From assembly GCA_020425605.1 (NCBI GenBank), contig JAGQRH010000007.1:76834-140833 (forward strand): DNA of 64,000 bases, in the 5' to 3' direction. Under the pieces are notes generated by a model that worked only from the letters and a program-made list of their open reading frames with translations, was not told the DNA's origin and did no database searches. The position numbers and the translations under genes were made by a program. Positions 1 to 10,134 of this stretch are shown here, piece by piece; position 1 is the first letter of the stretch, and every line of letters begins with the position of its first letter. The DNA is from Planctomycetota bacterium. Its GTDB lineage: Bacteria; Planctomycetota; UBA8742; UBA2392.

Positions 1-485
1 TCCTCGAGGTGTCCGTAGTCCTTGTGCCTGTAAACAGCGCGCGTGGCCTTGGACAAACGACAGCCGTCAATAATGCTGGCGTGGTTCAGCTCATCGCTGA
101 TGATGTGGTCCCCGGCGACGCTGAGCGTGCTGACCACACCCACGTTGGCCGTGTAGCCGCTCTGGAACAGCAGCGCGCTTTCGACCTTCTTGAACTTCGC
201 GATCTTCTCTTCGCACTCGACGTGGATGTCCATCGTGCCGCTGATCGGCCGAACCGCGCCGGAGCCAACGCCGTACTTGTCGATCGCCTTCTTGGCCGCT
301 TCCACCACCTTGGGGTGCGTGCTGAGACCGAGGTACGAGTTGTTCGAAAGCTGGATGACCTGCTTGCCGTCAATCATCACCCGTGCGCCCACGGCCGACT
401 GGTGAACCTTCGGCATATGGAACAGGCTGCGTTCCTTGAGGCCCGCGATTTCGTTCGTGCACCATTCGATCAGGTTATTCGTCAC
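1..485 (-). CDS. N-terminal ~161 codons of a PLP-dependent alpha-oxoamine synthase (2-amino-3-ketobutyrate CoA ligase / 8-amino-7-oxononanoate synthase family); the rest lies outside the window
   Basis: Not in the ORF track because it is open at the window edge. My own minus-strand translation starts at GTG 485, with GGAG about 8 nt upstream. It reads VTNNLIEWCTNEIAGLKERSLFHMPKVHQSAVGARVMIDGKQVIQLSNNSYLGLSTHPKVVEAAKKAIDKYGVGSGAVRPISGTMDIHVECEEKIAKFKKVESALLFQSGYTANVGVVSTL...DHIISDELNHASIIDGCRLSKA. The NNYLGL, SG..AN and LNHASIIDG hallmarks of Kbl/BioF are present. The + strand ORF 9-503 is its shadow. Confidence 0.8.
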   Translation of the reverse strand, partial: MTNNLIEWCTNEIAGLKERSLFHMPKVHQSAVGARVMIDGKQVIQLSNNSYLGLSTHPKVVEAAKKAIDKYGVGSGAVRPISGTMDIHVECEEKIAKFKKVESALLFQSGYTANVGVVSTLSVAGDHIISDELNHASIIDGCRLSKATRAVYRHKDYGHLE

Positions 486-780
486 GTCAGCACTCCGGTA
501 TGAGCCGCGAATTCTTTCGCTGGGCGTTTTAGGGCGGAAGCGCCCAGGATGGCAAGGCGTAACTCGCACCCACCCGATCCGCATCGCGCGCAACTTCTCT
601 GCGTGAGCCCCGTCACCTAACGAGCTCGGACCAGCGCCCGCCGACTCGCCGGGCACTCGCCACAAGCCGGCCGAATCGCACCGCACGCACCCTGCAAGCC
701 CCCATGAATGCACGTTTGCGGCTGGATATCAAATCGCCAACACCCGGCGGCGCGGCCGGGTTGCACGCCTGACGCCGGGG

Positions 781-1350
781 CTAAATGTGGTACAGCCCGC
801 GGCGGTCCAGTCGCTCCCATGCCAGGCGCGACTTGTCCGAGTGCAGGTCCAGTTTCTGGTCCACGGTCAAAATGTTCTGCAACCCCGGGTGAGTACCGCC
901 GCCGATCTGGCGCAGCAGTCGCGACGCCTGCACACCCAGCCGCACCAGCATCAGCAGCGGGTGCACGCGCCCGCGAGGCTCTTTGCGGTGGTCGCGCTCG
1001 GGCCTTTTTGGCGCGGGCTTGTCAGCCTCAGCTGCGCTGATGGAAGTGTCCGGCGCGCGCCGACCGTCGCCGTCAATGCAGCCGTAGGAAAGCGGCAAGT
1101 CGTCCGCGCAGATGGCGCGCACATCGGCCGTGCGCACGGTCTCCAGCACGCCTGACGTCAGGGCCGCCACTTGCCACAGCAGGCGGCAGGCGGTGCCGAG
1201 CATGAAGCGCATTTCATCGTTCGCGACGACCGGCTCATGGGGAGGGGTAAAGCTCGCTCGCAGGTCGGCCGTTCGGCCGTCGCCGTCACGAAAGGGAAGC
1301 GGTTTGTCCTGCGCCGATTCGTCCAGGCGGGATTCGACAGGTTCTGGCAT
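781..1350 (-). CDS. hypothetical protein (189 aa), no recognisable domain
   Basis: ORF 781-1350 (-). Third-position G/C bias is clearly better than in the overlapping + strand ORFs. I recognise no motif. Confidence 0.45.
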   Translation of the reverse strand: MPEPVESRLDESAQDKPLPFRDGDGRTADLRASFTPPHEPVVANDEMRFMLGTACRLLWQVAALTSGVLETVRTADVRAICADDLPLSYGCIDGDGRRAPDTSISAAEADKPAPKRPERDHRKEPRGRVHPLLMLVRLGVQASRLLRQIGGGTHPGLQNILTVDQKLDLHSDKSRLAWERLDRRGLYHI

Positions 1351-1669
1351 CGCATCACTCCAGATTCCGGAAACGGGCCAACCCCGTCCCTATTAATCCC
1401 GGCGGAGCGAATGTGCTTTCACCCGAATACGGGACGAAAAATGGAAGAAACTTTGTGGCCGGCCGTATGGATGCGACCCCGGTCAGCACCCCAACCCTTG
1501 GCGCGTCCCGAAACCTTCACAAGTTTGCGGCGCGCATAGGCCTGCGGAGCAGGCCTTCAATGTTAGCCCTCAGCGCAAGCTCGGGGTTCGCGAGACAAAA
1601 GGGAAAACAGGCGCGGAGCGCCGACACAACCCGATCACTCCCCGCTGCGTCGGACGATGACTGATCCGG

Positions 1670-3268
1670 CTAGCCCAGGAACTTGATCGCGTTGTCGATG
1701 CGCTTGAGCGTCTCGTCTTTGCCGAGCACGAGCATGCTTTCCATCAGCGGCGGGCTGACTTTGCTGCCGGTGATGGCCATGCGGATCGGGCCGAGGAACG
1801 GGCCAAGCTTCATGCCGAGCTCTTCGGCCTTGGCGCGCGATGCCTCGTCCAGGTGTTTGATGGCGGCTTCCGGGTCGTTGAAATCAGCAACGTCGACGAT
1901 GGCGCGCACTTCGGCGAGTGCTCTCTCCGCGTCGTCCAGCGTGCACTTCTTCTGCACGAAATCGTCGGGCGTGTAGCTGAATTCGTCCGTGAAGAACATC
2001 GGCAGGTAGTCGGCCGCCTCGCTCAGCGTGTGCATGCGCTCGCGGATCAGCGGTATGATCGGCGCAAGCAGCTTCGGGTTGACTTCGTAGCTGGTCATCA
2101 GCTCGGGCGCGAGGCCGCCCAGCACGCGGCTGCGCTGACGGCGCTTGATTTCGAATTCCCGCAGGAACTGCTCGGTCGGCAGCTGGTCTTCCGGCAGGTC
2201 GGCGAATTCCTTTTCGCGGTGCATCAGCAGCTTCGCGTACTCAACGAGGCGCTTCTCCAGCTCATCGGGCGCCAGCGCCCGGATGTATTCGCCGTTCAGC
2301 CAATGCAGCTTCTGCAGGTCAAAGATCGGCGCGCCGGTGTTGACCTTCTCCAGTGCGAACTCGCGCAGGAATTCTTCGTAGGTGAAGATCTCCTGGTCGT
2401 TGGGCATGGAGAAACCCATCAACGACAGGAAGTTGCGCAGCGCCTCGGGCAGGAAGCCCGCGTCGCGATACCACAGCAGGCTGGTCGGGTTCTTGCGCTT
2501 GCTGATCTTGCTCTTGTCCTTGTTGCGCAGCAGCGGCATGTGCGCGAAGACCGGCAGCTCATAGCCCAGCGCTTCATACAACACAAAGTGCAGCGGCGTG
2601 CTCGGCAGCCACTCCTCGGCGCGGATCACGTGGGTGATCTTCATGGCGTTGTCGTCCACTGCCATCGCCAGGTGATAGGTCGGGAAGCCGTCTGACTTGA
2701 GCATCACGGCATCCTGCTGGTCGGCGGCCTCGAACTTCAGCACGCCGCGGAACAGGTCACGCGTCTCGATCTCGCCTTCACGCGGCATCTTCAGGCGCAC
2801 GACATATTCTTCGCCGGCCGCCTCCTTCGCCGCGACTTCTTCAGCGCTCAGTCCGCGGCACAGCCCGTCATAGCCGAAGCGGCTGGCCTTCTCGGCCTGC
2901 TGGATCTTGCGCAGCGTCGCGAGCCGCTCGGCCGTGCAGAAACACTTGTAGGCCTTGCCGGCGGCGCAAAGTTTGTTGGATGCTTCCTTATACAGGGGTA
3001 ACCGCTCGCTCTGGCGGTACGGGCCGTACTCGCCACCGACGCCGGGGCCTTCGTCGGGCGAAAGCCCGAGCCACGCCAGCGCCTCGAAAATCTTCTGCTC
3101 AGAATCAGCGACGTAGCGGGTTCGGTCCGTGTCCTCGATGCGCAGGACGAACTTGCCGCCGGTTTTGTCGGCAAGCGCGCGGTCGAAGAGCGACATATAG
3201 GCAGTCCCCACGTGCGGGTCGCCGGTCGGGCTGGGGGCTACGCGTACTCTGGCTGGCTTGTCAGTCAT
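1670..3268 (-). CDS. gltX: glutamate--tRNA ligase (glutamyl-tRNA synthetase)
   Basis: ORF 1670-3691 (-). The conserved region begins at MTDKPARVRVAPSPTGDPHVGTAYMSLF (HIGH-type motif) and includes KISKRK (KMSKS-type motif). I place the start at ATG 3268. The upstream 141 codons of the ORF are Arg/Pro-rich read-through, not GluRS-like. Confidence 0.93.
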   Translation of the reverse strand: MTDKPARVRVAPSPTGDPHVGTAYMSLFDRALADKTGGKFVLRIEDTDRTRYVADSEQKIFEALAWLGLSPDEGPGVGGEYGPYRQSERLPLYKEASNKLCAAGKAYKCFCTAERLATLRKIQQAEKASRFGYDGLCRGLSAEEVAAKEAAGEEYVVRLKMPREGEIETRDLFRGVLKFEAADQQDAVMLKSDGFPTYHLAMAVDDNAMKITHVIRAEEWLPSTPLHFVLYEALGYELPVFAHMPLLRNKDKSKISKRKNPTSLLWYRDAGFLPEALRNFLSLMGFSMPNDQEIFTYEEFLREFALEKVNTGAPIFDLQKLHWLNGEYIRALAPDELEKRLVEYAKLLMHREKEFADLPEDQLPTEQFLREFEIKRRQRSRVLGGLAPELMTSYEVNPKLLAPIIPLIRERMHTLSEAADYLPMFFTDEFSYTPDDFVQKKCTLDDAERALAEVRAIVDVADFNDPEAAIKHLDEASRAKAEELGMKLGPFLGPIRMAITGSKVSPPLMESMLVLGKDETLKRIDNAIKFLG

Positions 3269-3337
3269 GCTTGCTCCGGGGCATTTCGGGCCGCAAGGGT
3301 AACGAGCACACGTTTCGGTTGCCATCCCTTGTACACT

Positions 3338-4114
3338 ATGCCCATGAAGCCGAAGCCCAGGCACCTCGGGCCGGAGTACGGCTCGCAATGGCAAGACCGC
3401 AGCATGGCGGCTGCATACCAGCACAGGCCGCCGTACCCCGCCCTGGTGTTCGAGGTGCTGAAGCGTATCGCCAAGCCCGGGCCGGTGCTGGAGATCGGTG
3501 CAGGCAGCGGCGACGCGACTCTCGAGCTTGCCTGGCGCTTCGACCGCATCGACGCCATCGAGCCATCCGCTGCGATGCTCGCCATGGCGGCGCGACGTAC
3601 GGGCCGCAACATCCGCTGGATCCAGTCCAGCTTTGAGGATGCGGAGCTTTCGCCACCTTACGGGCTGGCCGTCGCGGCCGAGAGCCTGCATTGGACGAAC
3701 TGGAGTGTGAGCCTGCCCAAGATCGCGGATGCGCTCGCGCCCGGGGCAGTACTGGCGTTGATCGAGCGAATCACCGTCGAGACGCCGTGGACGGCCGAGC
3801 TGGCCAATGCACTAGAACGCTACTCGACGAACAAGCTGTACGAGCCGTACGACCTGGTGGAAGAGCTTCGGGCTCGCCGACTGTTTCGGGTCACGGGAGG
3901 TACCAGCACACTGCGCGAGAGGCGAGCGGTCACGATCGAGGATTACATCGAAGGCCTTCACTCGCGAAACGGCCTGTCACGTGACCGCATGCCTGCGGCC
4001 GACGCCGACGCGTTCGATGCCGCGATTCGCGCGACGGTCCAGCCGCACCTGAAGGACGAACTGGTACCCCTCGCCACGTACGCGCAGCTGACCTGGGGCA
4101 TCCCGATGCCATGA
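3338..4114 (+). CDS. class I SAM-dependent methyltransferase
   Basis: ORF 3212-4114. SAM-binding motif I is VLEIGAGSGDATLELA, followed by IDAIEPS (acidic loop). The likely start is ATG 3338 (MPMKPKPRHLG), which avoids overlap with the divergent gltX start. Confidence 0.75.
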   Translation: MPMKPKPRHLGPEYGSQWQDRSMAAAYQHRPPYPALVFEVLKRIAKPGPVLEIGAGSGDATLELAWRFDRIDAIEPSAAMLAMAARRTGRNIRWIQSSFEDAELSPPYGLAVAAESLHWTNWSVSLPKIADALAPGAVLALIERITVETPWTAELANALERYSTNKLYEPYDLVEELRARRLFRVTGGTSTLRERRAVTIEDYIEGLHSRNGLSRDRMPAADADAFDAAIRATVQPHLKDELVPLATYAQLTWGIPMP

Positions 4115-4163
4115 CAAATGGGCTAGGGCTTTACCCGGGCGAAAACCTCCACACAATGGCGCC

Positions 4164-7100
4164 ATGGCTCAGGACCGTAAGGCGCTGTTGGCAGTCATCC
4201 TCGCGGTGAAACGGGGTTTCGTTTCGCCGGAGGAAGGCATGAATCTGCTGGAGCAGGCAGAGAACGAGCCCGACGGCGCAGCTACCATTTATGAGCAGGT
4301 GCCGCACTCACAGGCCGAAGAGCTGCGCCAGGACGCCACTGTCCTCGCCGAAGACACGGTCGAGGCGGAGAAGCTGCTGGTCGAGGCCGGCGTCGCACCC
4401 GAGGTGCAGGAAACTCTGCTGAAGCTCGGTCTTGGCCAGGCCACACGTGAAGACGTGGAAGCTACGCTCCTGAGCCTCGCCCCTACGCGCGCGACCACCA
4501 TCATTGAGCGTCCGAAACTGAAGACCTCAACGGACGAACGCTACAAGATCCTGCGTGAGCACGCCCGCGGCGGCATGGGCCGAATCCTTGTGGCCGAAGA
4601 CAAAGTCGTCGGGCGCGAAGTGGCTCTGAAGGAGCTGCTGCCCTTCAAGGGCGCGTCGGGCACGTCGCCGATCACCGGCCCGTTGCAGGCCACACCCGCG
4701 AGCGCGACTTCGACGGCCGCGGCCGCGCGCTTTCTTCGAGAAGCGACGGTCACCGGCCAGCTTGAGCACCCGAACATCGTGCCGGTTTATGAAATCGGCC
4801 AGCGCGAAGACGGCAGCCTTTACTACACGATGAAATTCGTGAAGGGCCGCACTCTGGCGAGCCGCCTGCGCGCAATCCGGAACGACGTCGATCTCTCGGC
4901 CGCCGAAAAGCAGGCTGAGCGCATGAAGCTGCTGGACGGATTCGTGGACATCTGCAATGCGATCGCGTTTGCGCACTCACGCGGCGTCATCCACCGCGAC
5001 ATCAAGCCCGCGAACATCATGCTGGGCGACTTCGGCGAGGCGATGGTGCTCGACTGGGGCCTGGCGCGCGTGGTCGGCGGCGAAAACGTCGCGCTGAGCA
5101 ACAAGTCGGACCACGAAGTCAGCCCGGAGCTTACGCTCGAAGGCGAAGTCATGGGCACGCCGGCCTACATGCCGCCGGAACAGGCTGCCGGCAAGCTCGA
5201 CCAGGTTGACGAGCGAAGCGACGTGTACGCGCTGGGCGCGGTACTGTTCGAGATCGTCACCGGCGAAGCGCCCTACGTGGGCAAGACCGCAAAGCAGGTG
5301 CTGTCGAGCGTCCTGAGCGAAGACCCCCGGCGCGTCGAGGACATCAACGACGACACTCCGCCCGAATTGGCCGCACTGGTCATGCGCTGCCTGGAGCGAA
5401 GGCCGGAAGACCGTTTCCAGAGTGCCCGCGAACTGGCCGACGAAGTGCAGGCCTTCCGCGACGGCCGAATGGTCAGCACCTACCGGTACTCTGCAATCGA
5501 GCTGCTGAAGCGCTTTGTAGCCAAGAACCGCGGGGCGGTAGCCGTCAGTGCGCTTGCGCTGTTGCTCATGATCGCGGGCGGCGTCTACGCCTACACAAAG
5601 GTCAAAGGCGAGCGCGACTCTGCGCTGGCGGCCGAGACCGACGCGCGCACCCAGCGCACCATCGCAGAGAACCAGGCGAAAGAAGCAGAGAACCAGAAGA
5701 AGATCGCCGAGAACCAGGCCGCCGAAGCCGAGCGGCAGAAGGGCATCGCGAAGGACCAGGCCGAAGAGGCCGAACGCCAGAAAACAACCGCCGAACAGAA
5801 GGCAAAAGAAGCCGAGTTCGAGCGCAAGCGGGCCGACGACAAGGCGAACGAAGCCGCCCAGAAGGCAGAAGAAGCCCGCCAGAGCCAGGAGCGCGCCACC
5901 CGCGCGCTTGAAGACGCACAGCGAAACCTGGCGCAGGCCCACCTTGGCTACGCAGCGCTGGCGGAAGAGCGCGGCCAGCCGGGCGGACAGGTGCTGCACC
6001 TTGCCGCCGCACATGCAGCGGACCCGTCCACGGTCAGCAGCGACCAGCTGGTTGCGGCACTCAGCGAGACTGCGTTTCCCCTGTGGCGCTCTCGCAGCTA
6101 CGTGGACCTGCCGGCCGGGCCGGCCACCTTCAGCGCGGATCGGCGCCTCTGCGCCGCGCCCATGTACAAGCCGCCGAAGCTGATTGACGACATCTCGGCC
6201 AACGCCAACGCCACGGCGCTGCCAGACATCGGCGTCTGGGACGTCGGGAGTGCAACGCTGCTGCGCCGGATTTCGACCGAGACCGCCATCGATCGCCGAA
6301 TGGCGTTCAACGGCGACGGCACCCGCCTGGCGATGCTCGAGGCCAGCGGAACACTTCGCATTTGGGACATCACGACCGGCGACGAGATCGCCAGCCGATC
6401 GCTGTATCCATGGAGCAACACCCCGCTGATCGTGCCCGTCCCGGGCGGCGAAACGTTCGTTACCGCAGGCAACGACGGCAAAGTCTGGGAGTGGAGCTTT
6501 GCCGACGGCTCGGCCGTGCGCTCGCGTGAAGTAAAGGATACGGAGTACACCGCGCTCGCGGTGTCCCGAGACGGAGTTCGCATCGCCGCGGGCACTTCCG
6601 AAGGCGTTCTGCTCTGGAATCTGGATACGGATGAGCCGCCGCTTGAGCTGCCCATGGTCGGCGAAAGCGTCAATGCGCTGTGCTTTGCGCCCGATGGCCT
6701 GCTCGTCGGCCTGGCGGGCAGCGAAATTCAACTCTGGGACCCGGCGACGTCCACAAAACTGAGAAGCTTTCAGTCATGGAGCTGGACCATCGGCTCGCTC
6801 GAGGTCAGCCCGGACGCCAGGTATCTCGCGGTCGGCCTGTTTGACCAGGGCTGGAAGCTGTTCGACTACGCTTCCACGGAGATCGCACTTCAGCGCACAA
6901 GCGCCAGCGGCCGCGTCCAGGGAGTCACGTTCAGCCCGGATGGAAACGCATTGCTGCTCGCCCTCAAGGGCGAGGGATTTGACGTGCTCGGTGTGGACGG
7001 CACGCCGATGGTTGAGCGCGCTTTTGACCACCGGCTTGGCTCACTCGCCGTTGAGATCAGCCCTGACGGAAGCACCTTCGCGAGCGGCGATCACGCCGGC

Positions 7101-10034
7101 CGCCTGCTGCTCCGGCGGGTCGCCGACGGCTCCACCGTCTGGAGCCGTGACGCCAGCAAAAGCAGCCTGCTGCGCGTCACGTTCAGTCCCGACGGCTCGT
7201 TGCTGGCTGTGTTCAGCAGTGACGGGATGATCTCCTTCATTGACGCAGCCAACGGCAATCAGCTCCGGTTCACCAAGCAGAATGCCTATGCCTACTGCGT
7301 GAAGTTCAGCCCGGACGGGCGCTACCTGATTGCGCCCACCAGCGACGGGCCGATCCAGCTGATCGATACGAAGACGGCGACAATCCGACGAACGCTCAAG
7401 CTCAGCACGGGCAGCGCGGTGATCTCCGTCGGGTTTGATCCGTTGATGGACCGGGTGTGGCTGGCCGATCGCTCACTGGCGGTGTGGGATTGGCGGTTCG
7501 ATTCAGATGCGCCGCCCACGAAAGTCGGGCAGCTGACTGTCCAGGGGTCACGCTCGGTGTACACAACGACCATCAGCCCGGACGGCAAGATCGGTGTCAT
7601 CGCGCTCGACGATGGCAACGTCTGCGCGTGGCAAACGGAGCCGTTCGCGCCGCTGTATTACGCCCGCATGGGCGAGGGGCCTATCACCAATTGCTCGTTT
7701 GGGCCGGGCTCGGCCTTCTTTGCATGCGGCACCGGCGATGGGCTGCTCTGTTTCGCAAACGCACGGACGGGCGCGGTCGTCAAGCAGCAACGCGCACATC
7801 GGGCCGCTATCTCCGGCACTGCCGTGTCGCCGGACGGCCGGGACATCATCACCTCCGGCGTAGACGGCGAGTTCCTGGCGTGGGATGCGCCACCGCTGAT
7901 GTATCCCGAAGCTTACCGCATGGGCATCTCGGGCGCGCAGGAAGTGAAGATCGCGCCGGATGGCAGGACTGCGGCGGTCGTCACGGACAGCGGATTGATC
8001 AAGTTGTTCGACGTCGCATCGGGCAAGACCCTCCACGAGTTTGATGTGCTTCCCTGGTACGCGACGTCGCTGGCGTTCTCATCAGATGGCTCGTCGCTGG
8101 CGGCCGCGCATTCCGGTGGTCGAGTCCAGGTTTGGGACACCACAAGCGGTGGATCCCGACACAACATCGAGGTATGCGATTACCCGACTTGCGTGGCCTT
8201 TGACTCCGCAGGTCGAATGCTTGTCAGCGGGCAGTACTACGGTCTGCAGATCTATGATGTTGAAAGCGGCGAATTGCTTCTGAGGCACCGCAGCACCGAA
8301 GGCTACTACGATGTGCTGCCGTTCCCTGACGGCAAACGCGCGCTCCAGATCTCACAGTCCGGTGAGCCTCGGGCCATCGACATCGAGACCGGCAACGTGC
8401 TGGCGAAGTTTGAGCGCAGTGCCTACTTCTCACATGCGAATGCGGTTTCACCGGACGGAACGGTGGTAGCCCTGATGCGGGACAGGGGGCTGATCGCGAT
8501 TCATGATTCCGAAACCGGCGCGCGACTGCGGACCCTGAAGGTCCGGGCGAACTACATATGCGGACTGCAGTTCTTCGCAGACGGTCGACGGCTTTTCTAC
8601 GCGACTGAAACGGGCGGGGCGGCGGTAGTCGACATCAACTCCGGGCAGGAACTGGCCGGCACCTGGTTCGGCTACCCGTACATCAATCGTGCCGCGCTGT
8701 CGCCCGACGGCAGTTTTGCATTGATCGCCGCAAGCACCGGTGACGTCGAACGCTGGAGCCTCGGGCCTGTGCTCTTGCGCAATCGCGCGCTCGCGATGCT
8801 GGACGTGAAGATCGTGATTGCAATGGCCCAGGTCCTGTCCGGCATGATCCTCGACAACCTGGAAACGATCGCGCTTCCCAGGCGCACCGGGCGATTCAAC
8901 TGGACGACTACAGACGGCAAGGCGCCTGAATTCCTGCGCGGCACGTTGCCTGACTGGGTTCCCCGATTGCAGGGGATTGACGTAACAAGGGCCCGCGAAT
9001 TCCTGCGGGGCGGCACCTCCCAGCGAGTTGCACGCCTGCGCGACGCCGCGAAAGCCTGGGAAAACGGCTTCGAAGGCTATCGCTACAAGGAAGTGCTGGA
9101 AGCGGATCTATCGACCTCCCGCGTTGAAATCCCGCCCCGCGAAAAGGACGCCGATGGGAACTACATCGGTGAGCCCGAAGGCCGCGTCGACTACTCCAGA
9201 TGGCTGAAGGCGCAGCGCGACCTGGCAGCAAACGACATGCGGGCACGGGCAGGCTCCCTGCTGGCGCGGGGCGACGCCGCAACAGCCCGCGGAGACTGGC
9301 GTTCGGCGCAGACCTGTTTCAACAACGCGCTGCTGCTGGAACCCACGAACATAGACCTGCTGCTCAAGTACTGCCGCGCCAGCGCTGAGGTGCGCGAGAC
9401 CTGGAACGCAACGTGGCAGCTGTCGCAGCACTTCGACCAGGCAACCGAAGCCCAGCGCCCGGAGCTGCAGATGGTATGGGCCAGGCTTGTGGGCCTTGAA
9501 GGTGACTACGAAGGCATGCTGCAGCGCTACCAGGCAGCACGGGAGGCCGGCTACAAGTCCGACGACTGGTACCTGCGCAGGCTTGAGTCCATGGAGGGTG
9601 CGGGACACTACCAGGAGGTCATTGCAGAGGCTGAACTGGCGCTCGCGCAGGTCGCCGACAGCAAGTTGCGCGTCGAGATTGCCGGCGTGCAGAGCCGCTG
9701 CGTCGTATGGAACGAATTGCGCGGGCGGGCCGGTAACAGGCAATGTGTGCTCGTTGCGGCTGTACCGGAGGAATCGGCAGCTGCATCGGCGGGATTGAAG
9801 CCGGGCGACATCATCCTCACCGTCAGCATCGGCGAAGAAGAGCGACTGAACTACGACCCTGAGCCCGTAGATGAATCATCACTGCGCTGGACCTGGCAGC
9901 AATTCGTCAACACGGGCGACAGCGCCCTCGACCACGCGACATTCACCGTACGCCGCGCAGACGAGGAACTCGAAGTCCAGATGCCCCGCGGGCTGCTTGA
10001 TGCGAAGCTCTTCACCCTGCGGCCGGTGGAGTAG
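4164..10034 (+). CDS. giant transmembrane Ser/Thr protein kinase with an extracytoplasmic coiled coil, multiple WD40/beta-propeller repeats, a TPR-like region and a C-terminal PDZ-like domain
   Basis: 1956-aa ORF.
- Hanks kinase motifs: G-loop HARGGMGRILVA, VALKEL, HRDIKPANIML, DWG (a DFG variant), GTPAYMPPEQ.
- Single TM segment AVAVSALALLLMIAGGVYAYT (~5536-5598).
- Q/E/K/A-rich coiled coil AENQAKEAENQKKIAENQAAEAERQK... (~5640-5900).
- Many blades of the type DG..LA.....G.L.IWD.
- C-terminal GLKPGDIILTV PDZ-like segment (~9740-9990). Confidence 0.9.
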   Translation: MAQDRKALLAVILAVKRGFVSPEEGMNLLEQAENEPDGAATIYEQVPHSQAEELRQDATVLAEDTVEAEKLLVEAGVAPEVQETLLKLGLGQATREDVEATLLSLAPTRATTIIERPKLKTSTDERYKILREHARGGMGRILVAEDKVVGREVALKELLPFKGASGTSPITGPLQATPASATSTAAAARFLREATVTGQLEHPNIVPVYEIGQREDGSLYYTMKFVKGRTLASRLRAIRNDVDLSAAEKQAERMKLLDGFVDICNAIAFAHSRGVIHRDIKPANIMLGDFGEAMVLDWGLARVVGGENVALSNKSDHEVSPELTLEGEVMGTPAYMPPEQAAGKLDQVDERSDVYALGAVLFEIVTGEAPYVGKTAKQVLSSVLSEDPRRVEDINDDTPPELAALVMRCLERRPEDRFQSARELADEVQAFRDGRMVSTYRYSAIELLKRFVAKNRGAVAVSALALLLMIAGGVYAYTKVKGERDSALAAETDARTQRTIAENQAKEAENQKKIAENQAAEAERQKGIAKDQAEEAERQKTTAEQKAKEAEFERKRADDKANEAAQKAEEARQSQERATRALEDAQRNLAQAHLGYAALAEERGQPGGQVLHLAAAHAADPSTVSSDQLVAALSETAFPLWRSRSYVDLPAGPATFSADRRLCAAPMYKPPKLIDDISANANATALPDIGVWDVGSATLLRRISTETAIDRRMAFNGDGTRLAMLEASGTLRIWDITTGDEIASRSLYPWSNTPLIVPVPGGETFVTAGNDGKVWEWSFADGSAVRSREVKDTEYTALAVSRDGVRIAAGTSEGVLLWNLDTDEPPLELPMVGESVNALCFAPDGLLVGLAGSEIQLWDPATSTKLRSFQSWSWTIGSLEVSPDARYLAVGLFDQGWKLFDYASTEIALQRTSASGRVQGVTFSPDGNALLLALKGEGFDVLGVDGTPMVERAFDHRLGSLAVEISPDGSTFASGDHAGRLLLRRVADGSTVWSRDASKSSLLRVTFSPDGSLLAVFSSDGMISFIDAANGNQLRFTKQNAYAYCVKFSPDGRYLIAPTSDGPIQLIDTKTATIRRTLKLSTGSAVISVGFDPLMDRVWLADRSLAVWDWRFDSDAPPTKVGQLTVQGSRSVYTTTISPDGKIGVIALDDGNVCAWQTEPFAPLYYARMGEGPITNCSFGPGSAFFACGTGDGLLCFANARTGAVVKQQRAHRAAISGTAVSPDGRDIITSGVDGEFLAWDAPPLMYPEAYRMGISGAQEVKIAPDGRTAAVVTDSGLIKLFDVASGKTLHEFDVLPWYATSLAFSSDGSSLAAAHSGGRVQVWDTTSGGSRHNIEVCDYPTCVAFDSAGRMLVSGQYYGLQIYDVESGELLLRHRSTEGYYDVLPFPDGKRALQISQSGEPRAIDIETGNVLAKFERSAYFSHANAVSPDGTVVALMRDRGLIAIHDSETGARLRTLKVRANYICGLQFFADGRRLFYATETGGAAVVDINSGQELAGTWFGYPYINRAALSPDGSFALIAASTGDVERWSLGPVLLRNRALAMLDVKIVIAMAQVLSGMILDNLETIALPRRTGRFNWTTTDGKAPEFLRGTLPDWVPRLQGIDVTRAREFLRGGTSQRVARLRDAAKAWENGFEGYRYKEVLEADLSTSRVEIPPREKDADGNYIGEPEGRVDYSRWLKAQRDLAANDMRARAGSLLARGDAATARGDWRSAQTCFNNALLLEPTNIDLLLKYCRASAEVRETWNATWQLSQHFDQATEAQRPELQMVWARLVGLEGDYEGMLQRYQAAREAGYKSDDWYLRRLESMEGAGHYQEVIAEAELALAQVADSKLRVEIAGVQSRCVVWNELRGRAGNRQCVLVAAVPEESAAASAGLKPGDIILTVSIGEEERLNYDPEPVDESSLRWTWQQFVNTGDSALDHATFTVRRADEELEVQMPRGLLDAKLFTLRPVE

Positions 10035-10134
10035 CGCGGGATTTCATTCAATTTCTGTCGCCATGTACGTGTAAGATCATCAGCGTTTGCAGCCACCCAT
10101 TAGGGAGCGCCCGCGCCGCATCATTGGAGGGATC

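Noticed and set aside
1537-1555. Hairpin AGGCCTGC-GGA-GCAGGCCT downstream of gltX as its terminator, and hairpin CTGGGCG-N14-CGCCCAG (~520-548) in the kbl/bioF leader as a riboswitch-like element.
   Set aside because: The first is more than 110 nt from the gltX stop and lacks a U-tract. The second is a single short stem with no recognisable riboswitch core. Neither can be supported.
3269-3691. 5' extensions of track ORFs: gltX to 3691, tssC from 23340, sdaA from 39415, the SH3 protein from 50364, the HK to 55298, the lipoprotein to 42182, 61088-61252, and 10087-10134.
   Set aside because: The extensions overlap neighbouring genes or terminators and are low-complexity. Internal ATG/GTG codons with SD-like sequences coincide with the homologous N-termini or signal peptides.
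4977-6731. Very long antisense or alternative-frame ORFs throughout the window. Examples: 4977-6731(-), 10597-11544(-), 12685-13707(-), 17373-18806(-), 28880-30733(-), 32410-33600(-), 33997-34965(-), 36512-38128(-), 38248-40038(-), 45506-46585(-), 50313-51317(-), 60007-60996(-), 62809-63801(-), 1853-2695(+), 53823-54632(+).
   Set aside because: Each one lies opposite to, or out of frame with, a gene that has clear family motifs. Their products are Arg/Ala/Gly/Pro-rich with no motifs. Stop-poor shadow frames like these are expected in GC-rich DNA.
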